The notes under the pieces: generated by a model | Told to the model about the DNA's origin: nothing | The model's database searches: none | Seen by the model: only the letters and a program-made list of their open reading frames with translations | Part shown: one piece after another, positions 26,401 to 38,199 of the stretch | How positions within the stretch are numbered: position 1 is the first letter of the stretch | Layout of the letters: the number at the start of each line of letters is the position of its first letter | Assembly: GCA_009103225.1 (NCBI GenBank) | Contig: RHPI01001116.1 | Span: 379,380 to 443,379, forward strand | Source: Chlorokybus atmophyticus | Lineage: Eukaryota; Plantae; Mesostigma and Chlorokybus algae | Length of the DNA stretch: 64,000 nucleotides | Direction of reading: 5' to 3' | Made by a program: the position numbers and the translations under genes

Positions 26401-28960
26401 ATGCGTGCGCGCATAAGCGGTTGCACGCACAGGCAACTAACATCGTTATTCCCTCATCCATTTGCAGGTGGCAACTGAAGGCAAGAAACTGCCGGACTGT
26501 AAGCTCGCAGACATGGCGCATGTTACAACATCGCCCACGTATGTGATCAACCGTTGATCACGTGACGAAGCATTGCGGTGACAGACGACCCCCCCCCCCC
26601 CCTACTTAGAGCGCGCGCATGTTGTCCTGTCCCGCCTTGGCGTAATTGGAGGCAAAACGTTTCAAAACGCATCTTTGATGGTTTATTCATGTGCGGCCAC
26701 TCACACGATGTACACGATGCAGAAGACGAAATTTAGAGTGATCAGCACGGCAAGCAACCTCAAGAAAGCAGGTATGGTACTTGCGTGCGCGCGTGCTTAG
26801 ATTCCCTCTTTATGTGTGCGCAAAGCGTTTAAGGCTGTGTTTCAAGCATATTAATGCTACAACCAAGGCCTCATTTACGTCCTCACGCGTGCGGTCTCCC
26901 AAAGGTGATCACTGTCGCTAGCATCAACAATAACCCCGATGTGCCCGGCATAAATGGGTTCGGTATGAGTGTCAACTTGAACGTACTTCACCTCGCGCCA
27001 AGTTTCGGGCCAATCCCGCTCCTCACCGAGCCTCAGGCACGCATGCATGTTGGCGTTGTGTGACGATGTGTCACTATCATCTGTGGCTATGCGCGTGCAC
27101 TGCTTGTGTGTGCTTGTGCATGTGAGAGCGCGCACATGTGTGTGATGAAATGTGTGCGTGAGAAAGGCTTACGAGGCAAACATGATGGACTGAGGATACT
27201 GTCCTTGGCAAGGACGAGCGTGAGTACTAGATCAGCGTGCTTCTGGAGCACATGCCAAACCTGATTGAAGAGGAGAACACTCCGAACGAAGCCTTCAAAC
27301 AACAGGTTGGGTTTGTTGTGTCAGCGCACAGTTCTGAAGTCTAGGTCTGAAGGTGGTTCTGCGCACGCATGCAAGTGTATGCATGTGTCGCACCCACTCG
27401 TGTGCACCCACGGACATGCCCACCAGCATGCATGCACACGCATGTATGCACACGGTCGCATGGTTTTCTTATGTATGCGCTTGCTTGGCGATTGATGTGA
27501 CTGACGCAGTCATGGCTTTTGGGTTATTGATGGTGGACACATGCGTTTTCTCCCCGTGCTATCATGTACTTGACAGACCCTTTACCTGCGGTTGGTCCTG
27601 AGTCCTAATTGTGCATGTGCACATGTGTGCGTGGGTGTGTGCATACATGTGTCTGTGCGCACACGCGCGTTCACACTCGTGTGCGAAGTGCGAATTTGCA
27701 TGCACATGAGCACGCTCACTCTCTGTGACTTTGCATGGTGCACTCGGTAAGGTGCAGTCACAGTAGTATTCACAGCACAGCAAGGCAGTGACATTTGCAT
27801 CACCTTTGCTTGCAGGCGAACGATAGCCGCCCTTGCCTCTTCTCGCGCATCACTTCTGCGGCGCTCAACTACTTACTCCATCAGATGGTCAGCCAATCTG
27901 GTCGGCTGGGGATGAGAGGGATCAAAGGTAAGGTTTGAGATGGTGGATGCTGCAGCCAACAGCAGGCACCTTTCAAACCATCTTCATCTTTATGTGCTTC
28001 CAACACACGTATGCATGACCTCGGGCTTCTGAAGGAGCTTGGGTTGGAGTATGCTATGCGCGATCTGCCTCCCGTAGACTGCTATAAGAAGCGATTGATA
28101 TGAGGTGCCATAGTTGTCTGAGCCTCAACACCACTTCCAGCGCATCCCTAGAAGATTACCGCCAGGTAAGTGCATGCACTGCCTTTCACTTCTTACCCCT
28201 GACCACTTGTGCTGAAGCGTGGCAGCATAATGCCAGGTGACGTAGAGAAGGTGGGTGAGCCAAACTACAACACCACCCTTTACGACTACTTGCCTTTGCC
28301 CTTGAGAGATGAAAGGATCACGAGCTTTGCATGTGAGTGGGTGCATGTTGCTGAAGGCATCATGCATTACATGGAGGCATGGTGTCTTCATGTAATCTAG
28401 CACCTGTTGTTTGTGTCCGCAGTTGATTCCGCACCAGAAAGGTCCAATCTGGACTGAACCTCAGGCGGTACTAAGAGGAAGACGGCAGGTCAGTCACAGC
28501 TACCATGCGTGTTGTGTCAATAAAGGTCCACGTGCAACATGGTTCTACCATCTACATGCCACCGTGGCAATCGGGTTGCAAATGGTTTGCGCAAGCATTC
28601 ACCACTGCTTCTATCACAATGCCTGCATTGATGAATGCGGTCCTAGTAACGTTTGGTCCAGAAAGCCCCTCATTCTCAGCTATGCGACCACTTCTGCAAA
28701 CGGAAGGTCCAAAAAGCCTTTTGCACGCTTGTGGTGGACGACATTGCCATCTACGGTGACTCGGGACGAGCCACACAACCACGTAGCGCAACTCAGTGCA
28801 TGTACATATGCGTATGGATCGACACGCAGTCTCAATCTACTCAGGAGGCTCCCCACTATTGTATTGTGCGGCACCCTGCATCCCGAGCAGACTGCTTGCT
28901 GACTGTCCAGGAGAAGGCCAGGATTCAGGGCTTCCCATACTACTGTTGGCTGTCACATAC
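23490..28960 (+). pseudogene. Decayed chromomethylase (CMT-type C5 DNA methyltransferase); 5' boundary approximate
   Basis: Collinear remnants: BAH-like EIQWLFRAW (~24810), chromo-like LVGDIYGG (~26135), motif IV relic ILSL...CFWSTCQ* with frameshifted ENTPNEAFKQQVGF (~27195-27320), AALNYLLHQM..GRLGM (~27860), YAMRDLPPVD (~28055), LYDYLPLPL (~28280), LIPHQKG, KPLILSYA..GRSKKPFARLWW..TVTRDEPHN (~28660-28780) and HPEQ..LLTVQEKARIQGFP (~28880-28940). Stops and frameshifts are present. Confidence 0.8.
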
Positions 28961-29089
28961 AGTATGGCAGGGGGTGAGACATGTATGTACACCGAATTGC
29001 AATGTGGTGCTTGTGAAAAGCTTGACAAGCATGACACACTGTGTCATGCATGGCATGACTCGCCATCACATAACACACAATATATGACC

Positions 29090-32000
29090 GCCTGCAGGCA
29101 TTCATCTTCAACAGCATCAATGACCAACTTGAACCAGCACCGTGTATAAAGCTTCTCATTATGCTTCTCTACAATGACAGCCTGTCATTACTGAGTATAG
29201 CCTCACAGCATGAACAATGCATCTACATGTGCCTCAACCTGCGTGGAATGCATCAATGTACAAACAATGCGAAACGGCAATGTATGCATCACAATCACAG
29301 CGACTGCCTGGTTAGTGACACTGCATGTATGCATGCTTGCATGGCTAACGGGGTGTTAGCAGTAGTAGGTAGATTAGGTAGAGTAGCCCCCGTGGTGAAC
29401 TACGTGGTAGTGTGAAACGTGAGTGGCATGATTGTGAGATGGTGATGGTCGCTGTGCATAAGCATATGCCACGCGCATTGTATGTACAATGCATCCGTTT
29501 TAGCAATAGACATGCCTACCCTTCTACCGGGCATACCGGGGCGCGCGATGTGTCTTCGCAGGATAAACCGCCGACGGCGTGTTACACCGCGCCACTGCAA
29601 CTAGCTGCATGATGCTATGCAACGACCTGCACCGCACATACCGTACATGCATTTATACAGTGACATCCTTTACTGTATGCACATGCATGCCGGCATTGTA
29701 GCACACCCCTTTTGTACAACTGTACCTGGGTACATGCCATGGCATACAGTAGCATACGGTAGTGGTTCAACCACTGGTTTGCCGCAGGACAATGTCTTAG
29801 CCTTGAAATTCTGGGTGTGCCAGGCAGCCTGGCCACTGGCACAATAGAACCCCTTTTATGTTGAGTCAACATACATGGGTAGTCTGTCTGCTGCTGCTCA
29901 TGCTGCTGGCTGCCGCAAAGACGCTCAAGACTGACTGTGTGCACACACGACGCAGTCGCGTTGAGCAGGGACGACGCTGTCGTGGGTGGCGGCGGTGATG
30001 TGGGCGGAGGAGGGGGAGTCCGTTGAGTCAGCTGACGCTGCTGCTGCTGCCTGCTGGATGATGGAGCCGCTAACCAACGGCCGTGGTGCAGGTGATGCGC
30101 GTGCATGCATGCTTGTCTAACGGGGTTTGGGCTAGTAGTGAAGTTAAGTAGGTAGCAAGTAGGAAGAGCACCCGGTGGTGAATGTAAGTGTCGTGTGCTG
30201 TTGTGTGTGGTGTGCAATGCATGCCTCACATTGTGATACATGCCACAATCTCTGCATCCTATATATTGTACACGTGCAGTGATAACTCCAACTGATGCAT
30301 CCTTGCATGACTAACGGGGTGTTGATTAGAGGGTCGGTAGCGGTGGTAGTGTCGTAGCTAGGCAGCCCGATGGTGAATATGTTGTGATGATAGTGATTTG
30401 GTGAGTAGCGTGCTTGCCATATTGGTTGCATGTATCACACCATGGTACGCATGGACACTTGCATGCGCGGTCACACGTCACCTTTACTGTATACACGTGG
30501 CCATGGCAGCGACAGACGTACTTGAATGTTGCACACCACCGCAGCTTCAAGCCTTGAGTCAAGGCTTGAAGCCCTTGACCGCGGCGGTCGAAGGTCGACA
30601 ACTCAACAGAATAGTAATAGTAATTGAATTACACAAACTAACAACCCCCAAACCTGGGGCAGGTAAATATAATCATCTACAGCCACACATACAGTTTTGC
30701 CAAACTGAAACAAAAATGCTACTGCACAGCTGACTACAGTTGCAACCTTGTCAGGCGGCAGTGCAGAAGTTGGAAGGGGGAAGCTTACACTGCAGCCCGC
30801 AACTTGGCCAGGGGGGGAAGTCTGGAAAAGAGCCATTGCTAACTGCAAACTCGCTTGTACAAGCTTGCTTGTACGAGCTCCGCTGCAACCTGAGGTCTCG
30901 TGGTCATAAAACACAAATTTCTGTGGACGCCTTTGGGTCAGGCGACAGAGTTGTTGCCAACCACGCTATACAGCGACTGCAAATGTTGATGATGGCAAGA
31001 GTGTGTGAGGGGAACCTATGTACGACGCCTAGAACGGGGAGGTTCAACGTCTCTGGGGCTTCTGTGCAGATGTACACCGATGTAGCTTGTCTCCCACTGC
31101 GGTGGGTTTGCCGACTTCTGCTGCTCCTGCAAGCACAGAGAGTAACGCCAAGAAATACTCAAGGAGCCATGCAGACTTGACGGCTTCTATTCGCAATGTA
31201 CTACATAGCAATGGTGTGTTTCAACGAACCTGCTTCTTGGCTTTGCACCCAATGGCGGTGCACTTGAAGTACTTTTTAGGATACACCGGCTCGTCTCCAA
31301 GGCAGTTCCTGTTTGAGGTCTGCTTCTTGCCGTACGTTTTCCATAAGTAACAGTCCACCAGCTGTGGCACCAGAATCGACAGGTTGGACTTTTGCTGCTT
31401 GACAATGTGTGCAGCATAACATTGATAACGTCATCCAGCAACTAGCACAAGCATACAAGTGCAGTCACTGCAAGTTCCAAAGCTGCCTACCGGTTGATCG
31501 CTTATGAAGACCTGTCGCTGAAGGTTGTGGTCGATGGTTGCGGCACGGTGCATGTTGCGGATGCCGAGATGAAGGCAGTCGGACATGGAGGTTGGAGACG
31601 AGGAGACGACCTGGAAGCTTCTGGCCGGGCCGGTTGAGCCAGAGTTTGCACAGCTCATTCCGAGCCGAGGAGAAGACCTGCTGGTGGGGCCCAGCTCAAG
31701 GCGGACAAGCTCCTCGTGCTCCTTGGGGCATGGCGGCAAGGAGGCGAAGCAGTTCATCGTCATAGACAGCGAGAGCCCGGCTGCTCAGCGAGCCTCAAGT
31801 TCACTGCCACCAACAGCAGCACAGCACACAGAGGGCTGCCTCACGCCCTGCTTCAACCTCCGTGAGCGACGCCAACGACGACGATGACGACGGCGACGAC
31901 GCCGCCGCCAAGCACAAGAAGAAAAGCTTAGCTTTGAAAGCTTGTTGAGAGGTTCCACTGACTATGCCAAAGTGGAAGAAGCAAGTTGCTATATGCACCC

Positions 32001-32160
32001 AGAGACAAAGCCCTCCGGTGCCGTTCCTGCGCTTTCCGCAGTGCGCAGCTCCAGCCTAAACCGCGGTTCATATTGTTGGTTAAGAACAAGGCGAAGTTTC
32101 TAGTTTAGGACGTCAACATCGTACCATGACGATGTTAGGCTGCAGCGAGAGATTGACGCC
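29090..32160 (-). repeat. Left arm of a long, diverged inverted duplication (partner ~35990-37890)
   Basis: Reverse-complement homology is readable from the promoter side (32100 ctagtttaggacgtcaac vs 36050 gttgacgtcttaaaactag) out to 29165-29250 vs 37720-37795. The left arm carries extra insertions. Confidence 0.9.
31016..31763 (-). CDS. Non-canonical WRKY-domain protein, copy A (171 aa; exons 31763-31491, 31361-31230, 31126-31016)
   Basis: Spliced ORF ...RQVFISDQP|LVDCYLWKTYGKKQTSNRNCLGDEPVYPKKYFKCTAIGCKAKKQ|EQQKSANPPQWETSYIGVHLH. It has a WRKYGQK-like heptad and a C-x4-C-x23-H-x-H zinc finger. Confidence 0.85.
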
Positions 32161-33375
32161 ATTGTGGTACCGTTTACCTGACGGTATGACTGACTACGAT
32201 GCCTCTCTGTAACGTGTTGTATAGCGAAGTGATGGCCAGCTTTGCGCTCGACGCCATCATGACGCCGTTGACGCCTTCACGGGGAAGGCTTCATCTGTGT
32301 CCCCGCCTGCGTGTCGAATCGACACTGTCGATGCCGCACTGCGTAGCAGCTTTCATGTCGGTACAAACGGTTACGGTTTAGATTGTTTCGTTTGCTACCA
32401 ATGACGAGTGAGTAGTGGTCGAAACATGTAGACAGTACCAGTGGGGTAGTGAGTACCTAGTGGTCAACAGTGGTAGCATACCGCTGCTGGCTGTCTCCGC
32501 AACGACCTGCATAATGGTGGGGACGGGAGTAATAAGTTCAGTTCCCCATGATTGCGGTGCGACCTTGGCATGGTATAAGAGCCTCCGGGGGTTGCAACTG
32601 GCGATTGATGGCGAAACCATGGCAATAGTTTATCTAAGTAAATCTAATTTAATTGTTGAAGGCTACCACTTGGAGAGCTCATATATACATCAAGAGTGTT
32701 TGCTTGAATAAAATGATGCAATAGGATATAAATGCATAATGTTTATCACATATATAGTACTATTTTTACTGCATGATAAGCAACGAAGCATCAAAAACAC
32801 TTGTCACCTTTATCTCGTTATTTTCTTTCAATTACCTGCAGCAACACAGTTGTATCAAAAACCTGATACATCATATTGTATTATATGACTTAGTAATCGT
32901 GTGTCAATGTTAATAGCGTGGTTGGCTCATAGATACGTCTAGGCTTGAACATGGTTACGAGCAAATCCGAATAAATACTGAACATCGCGATAAGCCATAA
33001 TGCTTTTAGTATATTATATTATAAATATTATTATAAATCTATTCTAATAACAAAGGTATGTTCATATCACATTTCGTTTTTGGATGATTATATGACTTAA
33101 GTAATCTTGCAAATACTACTTACATGTGTACATGATCATTCAATCAAATCCATGATAATATCAAAAACAATAATAAATAACATATTCATAGAAACGCTTG
33201 CAAAAGTGCAAAAGAGCATGCCATGTATAATATTTATCAGGCGTTTAAACACATACATGCGCGTACATAAACGTACGCAATGTGGTTACGTAATGGTCGT
33301 TAATGTTTTGTACTGCACAAGCTGTACATTATTATCAATACAAATTTATACAGCTTATAATAGTTAATATCTATG

Positions 33376-34272
33376 TGTAATAATACCCCTACTTACTTGC
33401 TGGTCGGGCTTGGTAAACCTATGCACAAGCACCAAGGACTTACAATGGCAGTCCCACAAGCACCACGATACACGGGATATTGCAGAAGCGCACCCAAGGA
33501 GGAGAAGATAACCACCAACTTCTCATGCAGCTCTAGCCCCAGGCACACCCACGCCCAACACACCCACATGCACACACAACACCACACCCCACAAGGGCTG
33601 AGGGGGAGAGCCCCTTAAACAGCTACAACTAGGCACCCCACACACGAGTGGCCCTCAAGTGGTGAACACACTCTTATCCCTACTTAAGGTTGCTACTAAG
33701 CATGTATACAACTTGCTGCTCTCCCGATCTGGCACACAGGATTTCCAAGGCTCAAGGCCTTGTCACTGTGTGCTGACCTATCAGCACAAGCTGACGGTGT
33801 CCAACATTAGACCCAACAAACTCCATATCGGGAGTATCAAACTCCCTTGGTTTTTCATAGGCGGAAGAATCTTGCCTCGGAACTTCAAACATAGGCTCTT
33901 CTGATACAATTGTACTTGCGGATTGCGCACATGCATCACTTAGCCTTGCAACTATCACCACAGTGGCAAATCGCACTACCACAGTATGATGATGTGGTTT
34001 GCCAACTTGGCTTTCTTTCTGAGAGCTGTCACATCCTATGGCAACTCCTCGATTTGGGCTAAAGTCCTCAGGCATTGACCAACTCCGTGCCAGCCCTCAG
34101 CAATGCCTTGTGTAGTTCATCACACTCATGGCCATATAGGTTCAAGAGTAGACCTACATGAGAGCGCACCCTACAAGCACTACACATGCGTACGGAATGG
34201 AAAACCCACTTAGTCTATTACTACATAAGTAAAGGACAGAGAATGACTTTTGCCAGCCTTATAGGCGTGACA
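33376..34272. mobile_element. Solo LTR (897 bp), probably Ty3/gypsy
   Basis: Termini TGTAATAATACCC...ATAGGCGTGACA (TG...CA). An identical 5-bp target-site duplication CTATG lies at 33371-33375 and 34273-34277. No internal coding region. Confidence 0.8.
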
Positions 34273-35989
34273 CTATGACACATGTGTGCGTTTCGTTGTG
34301 GATTGCGTAGCGCGCAAACAATGGTTGTCCTTCCAAGGCAGGTTGTTTAAGATTAACCTTTCAGCATATTACGACAAAAAAATCGTCCATTTATGTTTAA
34401 GAGTAATGTTGGGAATCAGCCCGCAAGTGTGTGTGTTTTTTCTTTGTCGTGTCTATACTGAGCTGTCATGTCTATTAAATGCTCATGAGTATTGCTTTTA
34501 CCTTTGTTGACCTCTATACATAATCATACAATTTTCAAGAATTAATTGGTTTTGCCAAGTATCATGACATCGTAGTGCAAACGAACGGAATTGATGGCGC
34601 AACATGGCAAGGCCGCGAGATCACCGCCATTCCGGGATTTAGATTTCAGCGAGGTGCGCAACAATTCTTATATGATTAGCGCAATCCTCATAATGTCTAC
34701 CTATTTATAACGTTGCCGCAGCTTGTTGCGCGTCACAATTATATATATGTCACACACACATATATAAATATATATATATGTATATTTATATATTATAACT
34801 ATATATATGCCCGCTCCAACAGGCGTTCGTGCTTATTTGCAAGCGGGGGTAAACACTAAAGCAGCAGCAGTGGAGTCGTCTTAAAATCCAGTTTTTTGAT
34901 CCGATAGGCTTTGTCCCTCTCGGACGCAGGCAGTCGAGAAGAAGTTTTTCAATATCATAAGAACAAACTTAAATCAGGGCAACGAGCACATATCTCCGCA
35001 GAAACGTGCCGCTGCCAACTTTGCCTAAGCTTGCACTGGTTGAATAACTCCTTTAACACTCGGCATGCTGTAAACAATTGTATAGTAAATATTGCTTTGG
35101 GGCGTCAAGGTTGATTTGTACTGGCATTGTAGCCCAAGTTATGAAAGCTTTATGCATGACAATTGCAAAGCTTTAGATTGTTAGGGTAAAAGCGTTGGGA
35201 GGGCTTCAAGTAGGGTTTATATGCAATGACTGATCTAACAAGCTGGCACCACCGCCTGCCGCTTGCCTTCCTAAAGTTTCGTTTGTTAAGGGGCTTATGA
35301 GTCACTTACGTCCTGACGGCACGAACAATGAAGCATGCTCCATGGGATGGCTGCCGCTGCTGAGCCTATCGGGAGGTGCTGCTCTGTGCTAATCAACTCG
35401 GGCTAAGATGTTGTTGCTATCAGCTGCCCTTGAAGTGACAAATCGAAATTTCATCTAGTTGATGTTAGCTCGAGTCATATACCAAATGAGGACGATTTCA
35501 TAATCATCTTGTATGTAAAGACTCAAATCCAGCTTGCACATGCACTACCCAAGGTAGTTATACAATATTATACGAGGAGGAATATAGTATAACCAATTAA
35601 ATTAATATTATTATTGAAGATATATTATGATATATCATTACATTAACACGCAAGTAACTTTGATATTGTTAGCCTTTGATGCTCGTCATATCCATGTGTT
35701 ACCCATCGTCTTCCATCCATGCCAACATCATAATGTGGTGAAATACACTTGATGCAATGGTGTGATTTTTGCCAATGATTGAAGTTTTGGCGGGAACTGG
35801 CTGGTTTCCCCATCACCAGAAGGGGACTCCTGGTGCAAATTGGCGAAACCCTTGGCGAAATCATCAGTGGCGAGACCCGCGAGTTTCACCGCACTCGGGA
35901 ATCTCTCACAGCGTCCCCGCCTGTCCCCGGGGCCGCAGCCTGTCACGCGTCACAGTACCGCAGCAGGCAGGGCGTTCGTGCTTATCCGG

Positions 35990-37890
35990 CAGCAATCGAT
36001 CTTCGCGACTGCAATCATCTGACAAACTAGCATGGCACAGTACCACGTTGACGTCTTAAAACTAGGGAAAATCTCTTCTTAACTCCTTATTTTTAACTAC
36101 AACAGCAACGAACCGCGGTTAAGCGGGGGAGCACACAGGCGCGGAAACGGAGGGCGCCCAGAGACACAGCTTTGTCTCTGGGTATAGCTTTGCTTCGTCC
36201 ACTTTCTTCTTGTCTGCTTGGGGCGGCGGCGGCGGCGTCGACGGCGCTGTCGTCGCTCGCGGCTGTCTAAGCAGGCTGGCGTGAGGTAGCCTGCGCCCGC
36301 TTTGTGTGCTGCTTCTGCGGCTTGTTGCTGTGAGTTGGTTCGCTGGGCAGCCTGACTCTCGCTGTTCTTAAGCTTGACTATACACTGCTTCGCCTCCTTG
36401 CCGCCATGCCCCAGGGAGCACGAGGACCTTGTCCGCCTCTAACTGGGCCCCATCAGGAGGTCTCCTCCTCGCCTCCGAATGAGCGCTGTGAACCCTGACT
36501 CAACCAGCCCGGCCAGAAGCTTCCAGGTCGACTCCTCGTCTCCGACCTACATGTCCGACTGCCTTCATCTCAGCATCCGCAACATGCACCGTGCCGCAAC
36601 CATCGACCACAACCTTCTGCGGCAAGTCTTTATCAGCGATCGACCGGTAAGCTGCCCTGAAACTTACAGTAACTGCAGTTGTTTGCTTGTGCTAGTTGCT
36701 GGATGATGTTGTTGATGCAACTCACCCTGTTGATTCTGGTGCCACAGCTGGTGGACTGTTATTCATGGAAAACGTACGGCAAGAAGCAGACTTCAAACAA
36801 AGACTGCGTTGGAGATGAGCCGGTGTATCCTAAAAAATACTTCAAGTGCACCGCCATTGGGTGCAAAGCCAAGAAGCAGGTCCGTTGAAACACCCGTTCG
36901 CACATGTTGCTATGTGTAATGCGCATAAAATCCGTCAAGTCCGCAAGGCAACCACCTCAAGTACATCTTGGCGTTACTCTGTGCTTGCAGGAGCAGCAGA
37001 AGTCGGCGAATCCGCCGCAATGGGAGACAAGCTACATTGGTGTACATTTACATAAAAGTCCCAGAGACATAGAACCTCCCCGTTCCCGTCGCCATACATA
37101 GGTAAACACTCTGTAAGACTCTGTAAGAGTGAATGAGCTCTTTCTTTACAGAGACAAGAACTGCCGCAGTGGCTCTGCCGCCTCACAAGGTTGTAGTTGT
37201 AGACAGCTGTACAGTAGCTTTGTATTCAAGGTGGACAGGACTGCATGTGTCTATCTGTTGATAGGTTTACCTACGCAGCTGAAGGTTGCTAATTGTGAGA
37301 TCCACATTACTATTCTGTTGAGTCTGCTTCTGACTGTCATGGTCACCGGATGCAAGCCTTGAAGCTGCGGTACTGTGCAAGTGCGTCTGTCCCTGCGATA
37401 GCCACGTGCTGACATGCGCTGGTGAACTGTGCCAGTGACCAGGCACACCAAGAATTTCAGAGCTAAGACGCTCTCTTGCTGCAAACCACTACCATATGCC
37501 ATGTACCCCGGTACACTTGTGCATGCAGTAGGGGATGTCACTGTATGTACACTTGTACGATATGTGTGGTGCAGGTTGCTGCACAGCATCAGCTAGATGC
37601 AGTTGCGGTACAATACGGTTATTTCTGCGGAAAAAAGTCGTGCGCCCCGTGACCCCCGTCAAAAGTGTAGGTATGTGTACTGTCAACACGGATGCATCGT
37701 GCGATTGCGATGTGTGCATAGATGCATTCCACGCAGGTCAAGGCACATGTAGATGCATTGCTCATGATGTGAGCTATACTGTCATTGTGGAGAACTCCTC
37801 CTCATGAGGCTCCTCATGAGGCTCAAGACAGGAAGCTCTATACACGTGTTGGTGAGCTATGCATGCAGTTGACTGAAGTTCATTGCCTGC
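35990..37890 (+). repeat. Right arm of the inverted duplication
   Basis: Reverse-complement homology to 29090-32160; see the left arm. Confidence 0.9.
36479..37101 (+). CDS. Non-canonical WRKY-domain protein, copy B (136 aa; exons 36479-36646, 36748-36879, 36991-37101)
   Basis: Same exon structure as copy A, giving ...LVDCYSWKTYGKK...CTAIGC...HLH. An upstream TAA and loss of the copy-A start shorten the N-terminus. Confidence 0.8.
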
Positions 37891-38199
37891 AGGTGGACAT
37901 GGACGAAGGTGAAGTTGAATCTGTTTAGAACAGCTTTGAACGCCCCGCCCTTCAACAATTCCCTCAGCAACGACCGCACCTTGCATGCATGATACATGCG
38001 CATTCGCTCACAAACATGCACGCACGCGCACGCAAGACCCACAGGCACCTTCCATGCATGAGACACGCACATCCATTCGCACACACGTGCTCGCGCACAC
38101 ACGTATTGCGCACGAGCCTTGTGCGCAATGCTAGGATCGCGCTCATACACACAGATTTAATTACTACTCAGGCCAACCTGGAGCCACAAGTTAGCTTGT

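Noticed and set aside
29090-37890. Inverted arms as terminal inverted repeats of a Mutator/foldback element
   Set aside because: No TSD or sharp termini were found, the arms differ in length and are diverged, the genes face outward, and there is no transposase between them. An inverted gene duplication fits better.
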